Assembly: GCA_030745655.1 (NCBI GenBank)
Contig: JASLOE010000002.1
Coordinates: 38,761-102,760, forward strand
Length of the DNA: 64,000 nucleotides
Origin: Nitrososphaerales archaeon
GTDB lineage: Archaea; Thermoproteota; Nitrososphaeria; Nitrososphaerales; JACPRH01
Direction of reading: 5' to 3'
A model generated the notes under the pieces. The model saw only the letters and a program-made list of their open reading frames with translations, was not told where the DNA came from and made no database searches. The position numbers and the translations under genes are program-made. Positions 18,466 through 28,559 of the stretch are shown one piece after another (position 1 is the stretch's first letter; every line of letters starts with the position of its first letter).

Positions 18466-19872
18466 ATGCATCTTAATTCTCGTAGTTTTATTCTTTTTGG
18501 ACTTATGATGGGGCTTTTCCTAGCTGCTATTGAAGCTACGGTGGTTACTACAGCTATGCCCAAAGCGGCGTTATCTTTAGGTAATGCTGGGCTTTATAGC
18601 TGGATTTTCACTGCATATATTCTGTCTGCTACTGTTTCAGGTCCTTTTTGGGGTCGTTTGTCTGATACGTATGGTAGACGGTTAACTTATGTGTCTGGTG
18701 TGTTTCTTTTTCTATTGGGATCTGCTCTATCTGGGATATCCCAAGATATGTTTCAGTTGGTTATCTTTAGAGGTATCCAAGGTGTTGGTGGTGGGTCTTT
18801 GCTTACATTGACTTATGCGATTGTTGGTGACCTTTATCGGCTCAGGGAACGAAGTCGGGTTCAGGGGTATCTTAGTTCAGTTTGGGCAATTGCGAGTCTT
18901 CTTGGTCCACCCCTAGGTGGTTTTATTGCTGATAATTTGGATTGGAGGTGGGTTTTCTATGTCAATATTCCTTTTGGTGTGTTGGCCACTATTATTGTGG
19001 CTAAATGGTTAGTTGAGAAAAAGCGAGATGTAGATGGAGGATTAGATATCCCTGGAGTAGTATTGTTCAGTTTATCTGCTTCCTCTTTCTTGATATATTT
19101 GACAGAGTATTCAAGTCTTGGGCAGATTGGTTTTGTTCTTTTGGTTGTATCTGTCGTATCTATGGCTTTCTTTATCAAGGTTGAGTCATCCGCTAAGTCA
19201 CCGCTTATACCTTTCAAATTTATCAAAGATAGAGTGATAGCTATCTCATTGGCATGTACTCTGTTTACAGGTGTCGCATTCTTTGGAACAATAACATATC
19301 TCCCTATTCTTCTTCAATGGGTCATCGGTTTATCTGCATCCAGTTCAGGAATTCTTTTGACACCTACTATTTTGGGTTGGGTTATTTCATCAATAGTTTC
19401 TTCAAGAGTTCTGCCTAGATTGACTTTAAAACCTATAGTGTTGATTGGAGCTAGTTTCATTTCTGTTGGATTAATTCTACTAGTAATATTCCCAACTGAA
19501 GTAATGGTTTCCATCAGTGGCTTTCTTATTGGTCTCGGTATGGGTAGTTCAGTGGCCCCTGTATTGATAGTGGTTCAAACAGTAGTTCACCCTGCATCCC
19601 TTGGTATTGCAACTGCGTTAGTGAGTTTTATGAGAAATCTTGGTGCATCTATTGGTGTAACTTTGATGTGGATTCCAATAAAGATAGCATTGGATAATGC
19701 TGGTTTAACATCTGTATCTCTTATTCCTGAAGGGCAAGGAGCAATTCTTTCATCAGCAATTGGGAATGCATTCATTATCGGATTAGTAGCCATATCAATT
19801 TGTATACTGCTCTATCTTCTATTACCTAAATTAGACTTGGTGGAACGAGATAAAAAAAGGTTCAAAGAATAA
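18466..19872 (+). CDS. MFS transporter (14-TM, DHA2/EmrB-like)
   Basis: It has the MFS loop motif GRLSDTYGRRL and a multi-helix pattern. The track ORF begins at 18406; ATG 18466 is the first plausible start. Confidence 0.85.
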   Translation: MHLNSRSFILFGLMMGLFLAAIEATVVTTAMPKAALSLGNAGLYSWIFTAYILSATVSGPFWGRLSDTYGRRLTYVSGVFLFLLGSALSGISQDMFQLVIFRGIQGVGGGSLLTLTYAIVGDLYRLRERSRVQGYLSSVWAIASLLGPPLGGFIADNLDWRWVFYVNIPFGVLATIIVAKWLVEKKRDVDGGLDIPGVVLFSLSASSFLIYLTEYSSLGQIGFVLLVVSVVSMAFFIKVESSAKSPLIPFKFIKDRVIAISLACTLFTGVAFFGTITYLPILLQWVIGLSASSSGILLTPTILGWVISSIVSSRVLPRLTLKPIVLIGASFISVGLILLVIFPTEVMVSISGFLIGLGMGSSVAPVLIVVQTVVHPASLGIATALVSFMRNLGASIGVTLMWIPIKIALDNAGLTSVSLIPEGQGAILSSAIGNAFIIGLVAISICILLYLLLPKLDLVERDKKRFKE

Positions 19873-20084
19873 TGTTTTGTATCCGTGATTATCTTTAACA
19901 TAAGATATTCGATATCTTATTATTCTTAATTCTTTTCTGTATATATTAAGTCTTGGATTATTGTTGAATAACTCAGTTTAGAATTATATTATTGAATGTT
20001 TAATAAGTGATAACCAGAATTATGGAATAATTTGACTCAATATTATTTTGATGATATTAGGCGAATATGATTTCTTGACAGTGG

Positions 20085-21332
20085 GTGTTTGATTTGAAAT
20101 ATGAATGTCCTAAATGCAATAAACAATATGATGGGAATTACATAATGAAGAATAGATACTGTGAAGATTGTCAGATGCGACTTATCCAACGGAGAGAACA
20201 AGCACCAAGGTTGAAGGTTAAATTACGGAACAATAAAGACCTTGAAATAAGTATATTTGATGTTTGGTCTTTCTTTAAAGAGTTAGATAAGGCAAAACCA
20301 ATGTTTGGTTCAAGAGAATTTCTGGTTACGTGTGTAGTTGAAAATTCAGTTATTATTTTGCCAAAGGATGGACGTAAACGATCAATTGCTTATGCTGAAT
20401 TTCTTAGTGTTTGGTGTGAATATGTTAAGACTAGGTCTGAAAAAGCGGTTGATTATGTTAAGATATCCGGTAATACGCCATATATTTTGACTGTAATTAT
20501 TTTATTTCTTGAAAGTAAGTTGGCTAAAAAGTATCATGATAGTTTCAACCCATTAAAGGAAGCAAGTGAAGATAAGGGGAAAGGGGTTGTTTATCCAAAA
20601 ATTGTGGATGTTTTAGTTAAACGAGAAGGGGCTCTTCATTCTGAGAATGTTGAGTTTGATTCATTAACTGAAAATCGAGATTCAGAAATCTTGCTTGCTA
20701 ATCTCGAAAAGTATCCTCACGCTTTTGTTCTTGCGTCCATATTGCACCGAGAAGTAAGTGCTGCTGATGTTTGGGATATACCTTACAAGTTTATGGAGCG
20801 ACTTGGGTCTTTTGAGTTTCACGATATTCAAAAATTATCTTTAGAAGATGTGAAAAAACTTATGTCTAGTCCATCACCTCTTCATATACACCCAAATGCA
20901 ATGGCTAAATCTCTCTATCTTGGGGTTCAGCATATTCAGGAACGATATTCTGGAAAAACTTCAAAAATTTGGGCAGATATTCCAAGTAGTGTAACTATTG
21001 TTAATCGTTTTAGTCTTTTTTCTGGTGTAAACCATAAAAGTGCAGTTAAGGCTGCAGCAATTCTTGTCCGTAAATTCAAGATTCCGGTTAAAGATAAAAC
21101 TGCACTTGATATTTCTGTTAACAACAAGGTGAAGAGAGTTTTCACTAGACTAGGATTAATATCTAAACATACTTCAGATAATGAAATAATAGAAAAAGCT
21201 CAGGACCTCTATCCACCTTACCCTGGAGTATTTGAATCTCCAATCCAAGAAATCGGGAGAAAATGGTGCAAACCAGTCAATTCGGATTGTATCTCATGTT
21301 ATATGACAAAGTACTGTCCTAAAGTACTCTGA
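20085..21332 (+). CDS. endonuclease III-like (HhH-GPD superfamily) protein with Fe-S loop and N-terminal zinc ribbon
   Basis: The C-terminal C-x6-C-x2-C-x5-C (CKPVNSDCISCYMTKYC, 21267-21317) is the EndoIII/MutY 4Fe-4S spacing. An HhH-like KVKRVFTRLGLIS is present. The N-terminal ribbon is CPKC...CEDC. Confidence 0.6.
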   Translation: MFDLKYECPKCNKQYDGNYIMKNRYCEDCQMRLIQRREQAPRLKVKLRNNKDLEISIFDVWSFFKELDKAKPMFGSREFLVTCVVENSVIILPKDGRKRSIAYAEFLSVWCEYVKTRSEKAVDYVKISGNTPYILTVIILFLESKLAKKYHDSFNPLKEASEDKGKGVVYPKIVDVLVKREGALHSENVEFDSLTENRDSEILLANLEKYPHAFVLASILHREVSAADVWDIPYKFMERLGSFEFHDIQKLSLEDVKKLMSSPSPLHIHPNAMAKSLYLGVQHIQERYSGKTSKIWADIPSSVTIVNRFSLFSGVNHKSAVKAAAILVRKFKIPVKDKTALDISVNNKVKRVFTRLGLISKHTSDNEIIEKAQDLYPPYPGVFESPIQEIGRKWCKPVNSDCISCYMTKYCPKVL

Positions 21333-21548
21333 TATTTTTTCAATACAAACAAAAAATATGATTACAGAGTATATTATCAAGTTGATTGTGATGTTTGATA
21401 ATTCTAGGTTCTTCATTGTCATTGATTAAGTGTGTGGCAAAGAAACCCATTATTGTCAATACTATCTTTTGGTCGTGACCACTTGAATTCAGCAATTATT
21501 GTTCAATAATCTATTTTTCTATTGATTTTTTTTCGTTTTTGTCTCAGT

Positions 21549-21770
21549 TCATTCTGGGTTTATCTTTGAGGCTTTATCGTAACATTTTATTGCTTCGTCT
21601 AGTTTTCCCAGTTTGCCTAGGGCGATTCCTTTATTGTTTAATGCATCAATATCTTTTGGATCTATATCTAGTACTTTGTTATAGCATTTTATTGCTTCTT
21701 CAAACTTTCCAAGTTTATAGAGGTCATATCCTTCTTTGAAGATATCCTTTTTGCTATCAGTAGAAACCAA
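21549..21770 (-). CDS. TPR repeat protein
   Basis: Two clear TPR units (YKLGKFEEAIKCYNKVLDIDP and GKLGKLDEAIKCYDKASKINP). Confidence 0.7.
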   Translation of the reverse strand: MVSTDSKKDIFKEGYDLYKLGKFEEAIKCYNKVLDIDPKDIDALNNKGIALGKLGKLDEAIKCYDKASKINPE

Positions 21771-22033
21771 TTACTCATATACATACGCTATAATTAATAA
21801 AGTATTCATATAAATGAAAAAATGATGAATGTTTTTTCACGTATTGCGTTTATTGAACGAAGATATTGATTCTTTTCTATAACGAACCATTTTGGTGTTG
21901 GCAACTGTATTCTTTTTCAGGTTGTTTATGTTTCAATTATTGATAAAATGAATCTACAGATAATCAAATCGAAGAGAGTACTAATGAATCGTTGATTGTG
22001 TAATACATATATATCAATTTTTTAGATAATCTA

Positions 22034-22528
22034 TTGATATTGACTATCGATGTACTAGCAGAGTTGGAAAATGAACATAAGAAGATCAGAAATACTATGC
22101 TAGATATTGGTGAAAGTTTCGAGAAGGGCAATCTTTTATCAGGTATGAAGTTACTCGGCTCGATTAATGGTCTTGTGGGTGCTCATATGAAGTTTGAGGA
22201 CGATATTTTGTATCCAATGCTAAGGCGTTCGTTTGGTGAAAGTATCGATAGTTTGATTGACGAGCATACTGAAGTTAGGGTTGCAAGTACTCGTCTTGCT
22301 GAAACATTGTCTAACTTTCATTTATCCGAAATGGAACAGATTGTTGAAGGCTGGTGGGATATTATGCCGTTGTTAAACCATGTTGATAATTGTGATACGG
22401 CTTTAAGAAAGATGAAAAAGTTGAGTAAGCAAGAGAATTATAACCTTGGAGAGAAGCTCAGTGAAGCCAGATCTTTAAAAATTCCTATGCTCGCTTGGGC
22501 AAAGGAACTTGATGAGTACCGTTTATAA
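22034..22528 (+). CDS. hemerythrin-like metal-binding domain protein
   Basis: H/E-containing helices (ENEHKKI, HMKFEDDILYP, DEHTEV) are spaced as in HHE cation-binding domains. The start is TTG. Confidence 0.55.
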   Translation: MILTIDVLAELENEHKKIRNTMLDIGESFEKGNLLSGMKLLGSINGLVGAHMKFEDDILYPMLRRSFGESIDSLIDEHTEVRVASTRLAETLSNFHLSEMEQIVEGWWDIMPLLNHVDNCDTALRKMKKLSKQENYNLGEKLSEARSLKIPMLAWAKELDEYRL

Positions 22529-22626
22529 AATTCTGATCACGATAAAGAGAATCTGTTTACAAGCTTCATCTAAATCTATTTTTTGAAAAAAAAGTGATAA
22601 GATATTTATCTAATTTTCTTTTGATT

Positions 22627-23076
22627 TTAGTCTTGGTGTTTCATTTTTCTTAAGTTGGAGATGATTTCTTGCATTTCCTTGAACCTGCTTATTACTGGGA
22701 GGGCATCACTTATTGCTCTAGTTGAAAGAACTCCTATTATTTCATCTTTTTTGCCTTTTACTGGTAACCTTCGTATATGGTTCTTTGACATAATTTCAGC
22801 TGCTGACCACAGAGTTTGATTTTCATCTATCGTTAAAAGTGGTTTAGAAGCAATATCTTTTACAAGAGTTTTGCGAGTATCGAGCTCCTTCATTATGACT
22901 TTAATTAATATGTCTCGTTCAGTAAGCATCCCAGGTTCTCCATCATTTGAAGTTACGATAACGGAACCTATGCCGTGTTCCACCATAATTTCAATAGCTT
23001 TCCTTACTGATATGTTATCTGAAATTTCAGTTTTCTTATGTACCCATTTTGAAACTAGCATCCAATCTTTGCTCAA
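22627..23076 (-). CDS. CBS-pair domain protein
   Basis: Two CBS repeats (VRKAIEIMVEHGIGSVIV and LWSAAEIMSKNHIRRLPV) in 149 aa. Confidence 0.8.
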   Translation of the reverse strand: MSKDWMLVSKWVHKKTEISDNISVRKAIEIMVEHGIGSVIVTSNDGEPGMLTERDILIKVIMKELDTRKTLVKDIASKPLLTIDENQTLWSAAEIMSKNHIRRLPVKGKKDEIIGVLSTRAISDALPVISRFKEMQEIISNLRKMKHQD

Positions 23077-23314
23077 AAACCCATACTCTCCTGATGAAAA
23101 TTAAAGTATAGTGGATATATTTATATCTATTTTCAGATTTCTATCGATCATGATAAAGTTTTGGTTTTATAGGTAGTTCTGGTTAAATTCTGTATATACT
23201 GATTTTCTGAAGTTTTTTCTTCTTCATCCTTTTCCAGTATTATCATCGATGCTGACCCTAATGTATTCTCATAATCATAGTGAAGAGTTTTATATTATTT
23301 GTGTATGTTGGAAT

Positions 23315-24256
23315 ATGATGGTTAGTTCAAGAATTGTGATTGTGAGTCTAGTTGGTGGGCTTCTTGCAATTTTGATTGGTGTTTATATTGTTCCACAGGA
23401 CGGAATTGATGGTGTTGATGTTTCTGATGTTTGTCCCCCCTCATTGACTACTGTTATTGGTAAAGTTTCTGAGGGTGCGCAGAGTGGGAATGTTACTGTC
23501 TATTTTATTGATGCAGGAGTGGGTGATTCGATTTTTGTTGATACTTCAGATAAAGATGTGTTGATTGATGCTGGTGAACGGCATGATGGTGAATTTATTG
23601 CTTCGTTTCTTGTTTCTATTAATGTGACTAAAATAGATTATTTAGTTGCATCACATCCTCATTTTGATCATATTGGTGGTTTAGTGACTGTTATGGAGCG
23701 TTTTTCTAGTTTGGGTATACCTATCCATATGGTTATTGAGAATGGTCAGGACAGAAATACTGATCTTTATCGTGAATTCAAGTCTTATGCAAATGAGATT
23801 GGTGTAACTCTAGCTGAGCGTTGCCAGATTTATCAGTTGGATTCAGAGACAGAGATGGTTATTGTAAGTCCTCCCCAGCCTTTATTATATTCAAATCATT
23901 GTGAAAATAGTATTGTTCAGATGATTAAATTCAGAGATATTTCTTTTCTTTTAGCTGGAGATATTGAATCATTGAGTGAAGCAGAAATTGTTGAATCTGC
24001 GTTAAATATTCAAGCTGAGATCTTAAAAGTGGGTCATCATGGTGGTAGAACTTCTTCTACACCTTCTTTCTTATCAGCTGTTGATCCGGAAGTTGCTGTT
24101 ATAACTGTGGGTACAGAAAATCAGAATGGACATCCTCATCAAGATGTACTTGATCGATTAGAAGATATTGGAGCTAATATTTATCGAACTGACCTTCAAA
24201 GCACAATATCGATAACAACAGATGGTGTAAACTATTCTATAAAAACTAAAAATTAA
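23315..24256 (+). CDS. MBL-fold metallo-hydrolase, ComEC C-terminal-domain-like, membrane anchored
   Basis: It has the H-x-H-x-D-H motif ASHPHFDHIGG, a later KVGHHGG, and an N-terminal TM helix. The track ORF starts at 23249; ATG 23315 precedes the TM segment. Confidence 0.75.
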   Translation: MMVSSRIVIVSLVGGLLAILIGVYIVPQDGIDGVDVSDVCPPSLTTVIGKVSEGAQSGNVTVYFIDAGVGDSIFVDTSDKDVLIDAGERHDGEFIASFLVSINVTKIDYLVASHPHFDHIGGLVTVMERFSSLGIPIHMVIENGQDRNTDLYREFKSYANEIGVTLAERCQIYQLDSETEMVIVSPPQPLLYSNHCENSIVQMIKFRDISFLLAGDIESLSEAEIVESALNIQAEILKVGHHGGRTSSTPSFLSAVDPEVAVITVGTENQNGHPHQDVLDRLEDIGANIYRTDLQSTISITTDGVNYSIKTKN

Positions 24257-24321
24257 TTTTTTCTTTTAAAACGAATCTAATTGATACAAGTTTTCAGTCT
24301 TAAAATATCCAGTTTCATTGA

Positions 24322-24757
24322 AGGGAATTAATTGTTAACAACTTTTTTCTGAAGATTGCTATTAAGATACATATTTTCATTCACCGTCAAACAAATGGAT
24401 CATTAGGAGGAAGTACTGAAGGTGCTGGTGTGCTTCTACTTACATCTAAAGGCCATAAGACAAGAAAAAAGCGAATTACTTCACTTTCATTCATGATGAA
24501 TGGTTCTAACTATGTGATTATTGCTTCAAATGGAGGAATTAAAAAGAACCCCGGTTGGTTTTATAATTTAAAGGAAAATAAGGATGTGACAATTCGTATC
24601 AAGGATATTACCAAAGAAGTAAAAGCTACTATAACAAGTAATGATGAGCGAAATCGACTTTGGCCAATAATTACTGCGTGGGGGTCCAGAGTATGCCAAG
24701 TATCAGGAAAAGACCTCACGTAAAATTCCGATTGTAATCTTAAGTCCAAAAACTTAG
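24322..24757 (+). pseudogene. F420H2-dependent nitroreductase-like (DDN/DUF385 family) gene, frameshifted and without canonical start
   Basis: Frame A reads ...LLLTSKGHKTRKKRITSL...IIASNGGIKKNPGWFYNLKENKDV...ERNRLWPIITAW. After a G5 run (24680-24684) the family-typical tail GPEYAKYQEKTSRKIPIVILSP continues in the +1 frame to a TAG at 24755-24757. The conserved N-terminal part upstream of 24430 is open from 24322 but has no ATG/GTG/TTG. Confidence 0.6.
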
Positions 24758-24777
24758 GTTCTTACTTTATGCTATCT

Positions 24778-26811
24778 TTAAATCAAGAGTTTCTTAAGCG
24801 CAATTACATTTTTTACAGGTCGTTTGCAGCTGTAATTCTGACACACGTATATTGTTGCTTCATTATTTAATGGCAATTTATCTTCTAACATTGGCATTAT
24901 CTTTGTACGCTTATTTTGTTCATCAGGAGAATACGCGACGACTTTATTCGGGATAAGAGTTTGTCTTATCTCCCTAAGCATATCTTTGGATTCACTAAGT
25001 TTACCTGAGATAACTATCTCTTTTGGCTTTCCGGTTAGAAAGTCTAAGGTGCATAACATCTGAGCGAGATGTTCAGGATTTGACTCCAGACTATCCCAGA
25101 ATGTGAGAATAGTTTTCTTTGAGAGTAAACGCATATCATTATCTGATGTAAATTCGCTGATCTTGGCTAAGTTTATAGATGCTACCCCATTTCCAGATAG
25201 AGTTGCACCGTTGTAAGCATCTTTTACTCGTGCGATGATGTCCGTTCTACCTTGCTTTGTTGAGTAGAATCCACCGCCATCTTTATCTGAGAAGAGATCT
25301 ACCATTATCTGGTTCAACTTTAGAGCGGCTTCCAGTTTTGAAATATCAAAGTTTGATTCATAGAGGTCGATTAAACCCATAACCATAAACGCATAGTCTT
25401 CAAGCAGCCCATCTACAGCTGCTTCTCCATCCCTCCATCGTCGATTAAGGTTTTTTCCATCCAGTAAGTTATTGAGAATAAAGTCAGCTGATCCTTCAGC
25501 AGCCTGTAAGTATTGTTCATCATCAAAAATTTGGTATGCTTTCGATAATGCTGAAATCATCAAACCGTTCCAAGAAGTTAAAATTTTGTCATCTGTGGCT
25601 GGTTTAATCCTTTTGTTCCTATGTTTAAGGATAGTTTTTTTTGACTGCTCTAATGATTGCTTAACATCAGGCTCAGATATACTTAGTTCTGAGGCTATTA
25701 TCTTAGGTTCCTTTACAATATGAAGAATGTTATTATTATTCTCAAAGTTTCCTTCTTCTGAAACTCCATAGTGTTTTGAGAATATCTCTGCACTTTGCTT
25801 ATCCAATATTTGGGTAATTTCTTTCTTGTTCCACACATAATAGGTGCCTTCTTCTCCTTCACTTTCTGCATCCTGAGATGAATAGAATCCCCCTTGATCA
25901 CTCCTCATTTCTCTTACTACCCAGTCAAGAGTTTGCTTTGCTATATCGCTGAAAAAGGGGTTCTTAGTAGCTTGCCAAGCTTCAAGATAAACAATGGGAA
26001 GAAGAGCATTATCGTAGAGCATTTTTTCGAAATGTGGAACCCGCCAATGCCGATCAACTGAGTATCTGTGGAAACCTCCTGCTAACTGGTCATTTAAGCC
26101 TCCTTGTGCCATTTTAGTCAATGTCTTAGTCACCATATCTAAAGCTCTGGTCTTTTTGGTTCGGCTATAATACCTGATTAAAAAGAAAAGTAAGGATGGA
26201 GTGGGGAATTTTGGAGCTCCACTGAATCCACCATTAACAGTATCGAACTGAGTAGTAAGGGTGGCGTATGCTGCGTCGAGCGGGAATACCGTTAATTTTC
26301 CTTTGCTGCTTCTAAATTCTTGTGATAAGTTACCAGCTATTTTCTTTGCTGACCCTTCAATTTCATTTCTCTGTTCCTTCCAGAGTTCTTGCATTTTTGC
26401 CAGTATGGTTTTGAAGCTGGGTATTCCATAGCGATCTTCTGGAGGGTAGTATGTCCCACCAAAGAATGGTTGTAAGTCGGGTGTTAGGAATACTGAGAGA
26501 GGCCAGCCACCCTGTCCTGATATAGATATTACAGCTTTCATGTAAACTTCATCTATATCGGGTCTTTCTTCTCTATCTAGTTTGATTGGGATGAAGTTCT
26601 TGTTCAATATTTTGGCTGTTTCTTTGTCTTCAAAACTTTCTCTCTTCATAACGTGGCACCAATGGCATGATGAGTAACCTATGCTGAGAAAGATTGGTCT
26701 TGCCTCAGTTTTTGCTTTTGTAAATGCTTCTTCTCCCCAAGGATACCAGTCTACAGGGTTGGATGCATGTAGAAGCAGATAAGGACTCTTTTCTTTGGAT
26801 AATCGGTTCAT
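24778..26811 (-). CDS. thioredoxin-domain protein, DUF255/YyaL family (N-terminal Trx fold plus six-hairpin glycosidase-like domain)
   Basis: The N-terminal [13 protein letters not shown]...[13 protein letters not shown] signature is present. The 677-aa size is typical of the family. Confidence 0.85.
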   Translation of the reverse strand: MNRLSKEKSPYLLLHASNPVDWYPWGEEAFTKAKTEARPIFLSIGYSSCHWCHVMKRESFEDKETAKILNKNFIPIKLDREERPDIDEVYMKAVISISGQGGWPLSVFLTPDLQPFFGGTYYPPEDRYGIPSFKTILAKMQELWKEQRNEIEGSAKKIAGNLSQEFRSSKGKLTVFPLDAAYATLTTQFDTVNGGFSGAPKFPTPSLLFFLIRYYSRTKKTRALDMVTKTLTKMAQGGLNDQLAGGFHRYSVDRHWRVPHFEKMLYDNALLPIVYLEAWQATKNPFFSDIAKQTLDWVVREMRSDQGGFYSSQDAESEGEEGTYYVWNKKEITQILDKQSAEIFSKHYGVSEEGNFENNNNILHIVKEPKIIASELSISEPDVKQSLEQSKKTILKHRNKRIKPATDDKILTSWNGLMISALSKAYQIFDDEQYLQAAEGSADFILNNLLDGKNLNRRWRDGEAAVDGLLEDYAFMVMGLIDLYESNFDISKLEAALKLNQIMVDLFSDKDGGGFYSTKQGRTDIIARVKDAYNGATLSGNGVASINLAKISEFTSDNDMRLLSKKTILTFWDSLESNPEHLAQMLCTLDFLTGKPKEIVISGKLSESKDMLREIRQTLIPNKVVAYSPDEQNKRTKIMPMLEDKLPLNNEATIYVCQNYSCKRPVKNVIALKKLLI

Positions 26812-26881
26812 TGTTAGAATAATAATATATGGTTACAATTAATAGTTTAACTTTTTCTTATTTATGATTTAGATAATGTTA

Positions 26882-27025
26882 TCATATTCTGTCTTGAATA
26901 TATCTTTTAATTCTTGGAAGATGTCTTTTTTGTTTACCGCAAACTTCACAAAATTTTCCTACTATACTTCTTTTCTCACAACAGTTAGAACAAAAAGCAT
27001 AATTCTTGAAATCTACATAAACCAT
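26882..27025 (-). CDS. 47-aa zinc-ribbon miniprotein (not in ORF track)
   Basis: Own translation gives MVYVDFKNYAFCSNCCEKRSIVGKFCEVCGKQKRHLPRIKRYIQDRI*. It has two Cys pairs (CSNC, CEVC) and a basic tail. It lies between two same-strand genes. Confidence 0.4.
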   Translation of the reverse strand: MVYVDFKNYAFCSNCCEKRSIVGKFCEVCGKQKRHLPRIKRYIQDRI

Positions 27026-27091
27026 TATTCTGTTTTACCTATCATTTTTTTTTAGGCAAAATCAAGTATTTTAGTTTATTGTTTTTTTTAT

Positions 27092-28306
27092 TTATTTTCT
27101 TTTTTCAATAGGTTCGTATTTGCAGTTCTCGTCTCCGCAGGACCTTCCAATGTAGGTTGAACTAGGTCTGTAAAGGACTGCTTTGGGCTGGGCTTCTGCA
27201 AATTTTTCTTCGATTATATGTGCTACCCACCCCACCATTCTTTGAACAGCGAATAATGAAGTGAATATCTCAGTATCTATACCGACCATATAGTATACTG
27301 AGGCACTGTAGAGGTCCACATTAGGATGGATATTCCGTTTTTTTAGTTTCAAGAACTCTTTCTTTGTAGTCTCCTCTATCATCTGAGTCATTTCGTACCA
27401 TTTTGGTTCGTTAGTTATTGTTCCAAGTTTTTCAGAAATACCTTTCAGAATAATCGCTCTTGGATCATTTGTTTTATACTGTGCGTGACCCATTCCCATA
27501 ACTAGACCACCTTTGTTGAGTCTTGATTTAACCCAGTTTTCAACTTGATCCAGTTCACCAATTTCTATAAGATCTTTCATTACTCTTGTATTTGCTCCAC
27601 CGTGAAGTATTCCGGAAAGAGTACCGATAGCAGCTGTAACTGCTGCATACATATGGGCTCTTGTTGATGCTACTCCTCGAGCAACGAAAGTTGAGGCATT
27701 GAAAGAATGATCTGCATGAAGAATGAATGCTATATCAATATATTTTGCTATTTCTTCTGTGGGTTTTTCACCGTTTATCATGTATAGAAAGTTGGCTGAG
27801 TGTGAAAGGGTTTTATCCGGTTTGATGTATTCTAGACCATTTCGAATACGGTCCCATGCTGCAATTACAGTTGCTACTTTAGAAATAAGACGGATACCTT
27901 TTCGTCTGTGTGCATCCTTGTCTTCGCTTTCTAAATCAGGATCGTAATCTGCCAATAGAGAAATGGTTGACTGTAAAACATCCATAGATAAAGCCGATGG
28001 TGATCTGGATTTTAGGGTCTGTACAACAAGGTCTGGGATATCCCTTTCATTGGCAAGCTCTACTTTAAACTTTTCAATCTGTTTCTGATTCGGTAAATCT
28101 CCATATAACAAAAGATAAGCTGTTTCTTCAAAACTTGAGTACTTTGCAAGGTCTGTAATGCTGTAACCTCTATATTCCAGCTTTCCATTCTCACCATCAA
28201 CCCCACTAATCATAGTGTCTGCTACATGTATGCCTCTAAGACCAATATTCTTCGTATTGATTTGTCCGTTGTTATCTACTTTTGTTTCAGTCAATCTACG
28301 TCCCAT
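27092..28306 (-). CDS. gltA: citrate synthase
   Basis: It has catalytic-region signatures LHADHSFNAST and GMGHAQYKTNDPR. 404 aa. Confidence 0.9.
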   Translation of the reverse strand: MGRRLTETKVDNNGQINTKNIGLRGIHVADTMISGVDGENGKLEYRGYSITDLAKYSSFEETAYLLLYGDLPNQKQIEKFKVELANERDIPDLVVQTLKSRSPSALSMDVLQSTISLLADYDPDLESEDKDAHRRKGIRLISKVATVIAAWDRIRNGLEYIKPDKTLSHSANFLYMINGEKPTEEIAKYIDIAFILHADHSFNASTFVARGVASTRAHMYAAVTAAIGTLSGILHGGANTRVMKDLIEIGELDQVENWVKSRLNKGGLVMGMGHAQYKTNDPRAIILKGISEKLGTITNEPKWYEMTQMIEETTKKEFLKLKKRNIHPNVDLYSASVYYMVGIDTEIFTSLFAVQRMVGWVAHIIEEKFAEAQPKAVLYRPSSTYIGRSCGDENCKYEPIEKRK

Positions 28307-28559
28307 TATCCCCTAATCTAATCTAAATCCGTAAATATGCCTCTTTTCCCTTTAATTCCTGAATATATCGATACAATGTATGTGATGTTTTATGGTTTTA
28401 AAGGATTAATATGTTTCTCTGATGAGGAAAATCGATCTAAAAAACGCATGTTTATCGATGTTGTTATTTCCTTTTTTCTGTTTTTTGTATTAATTGTATT
28501 TAATTTTTTTCAGTTACTTTAAATATCGTTTACAGATACAACTATGAATTGCCTGTAAT

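Noticed and set aside
28337-28522. Track ORF of 61 aa between citrate synthase and the S8 protease.
   Set aside because: It is Phe/Leu-rich because of T-rich promoter DNA, has no motif, and sits in a divergent promoter gap.
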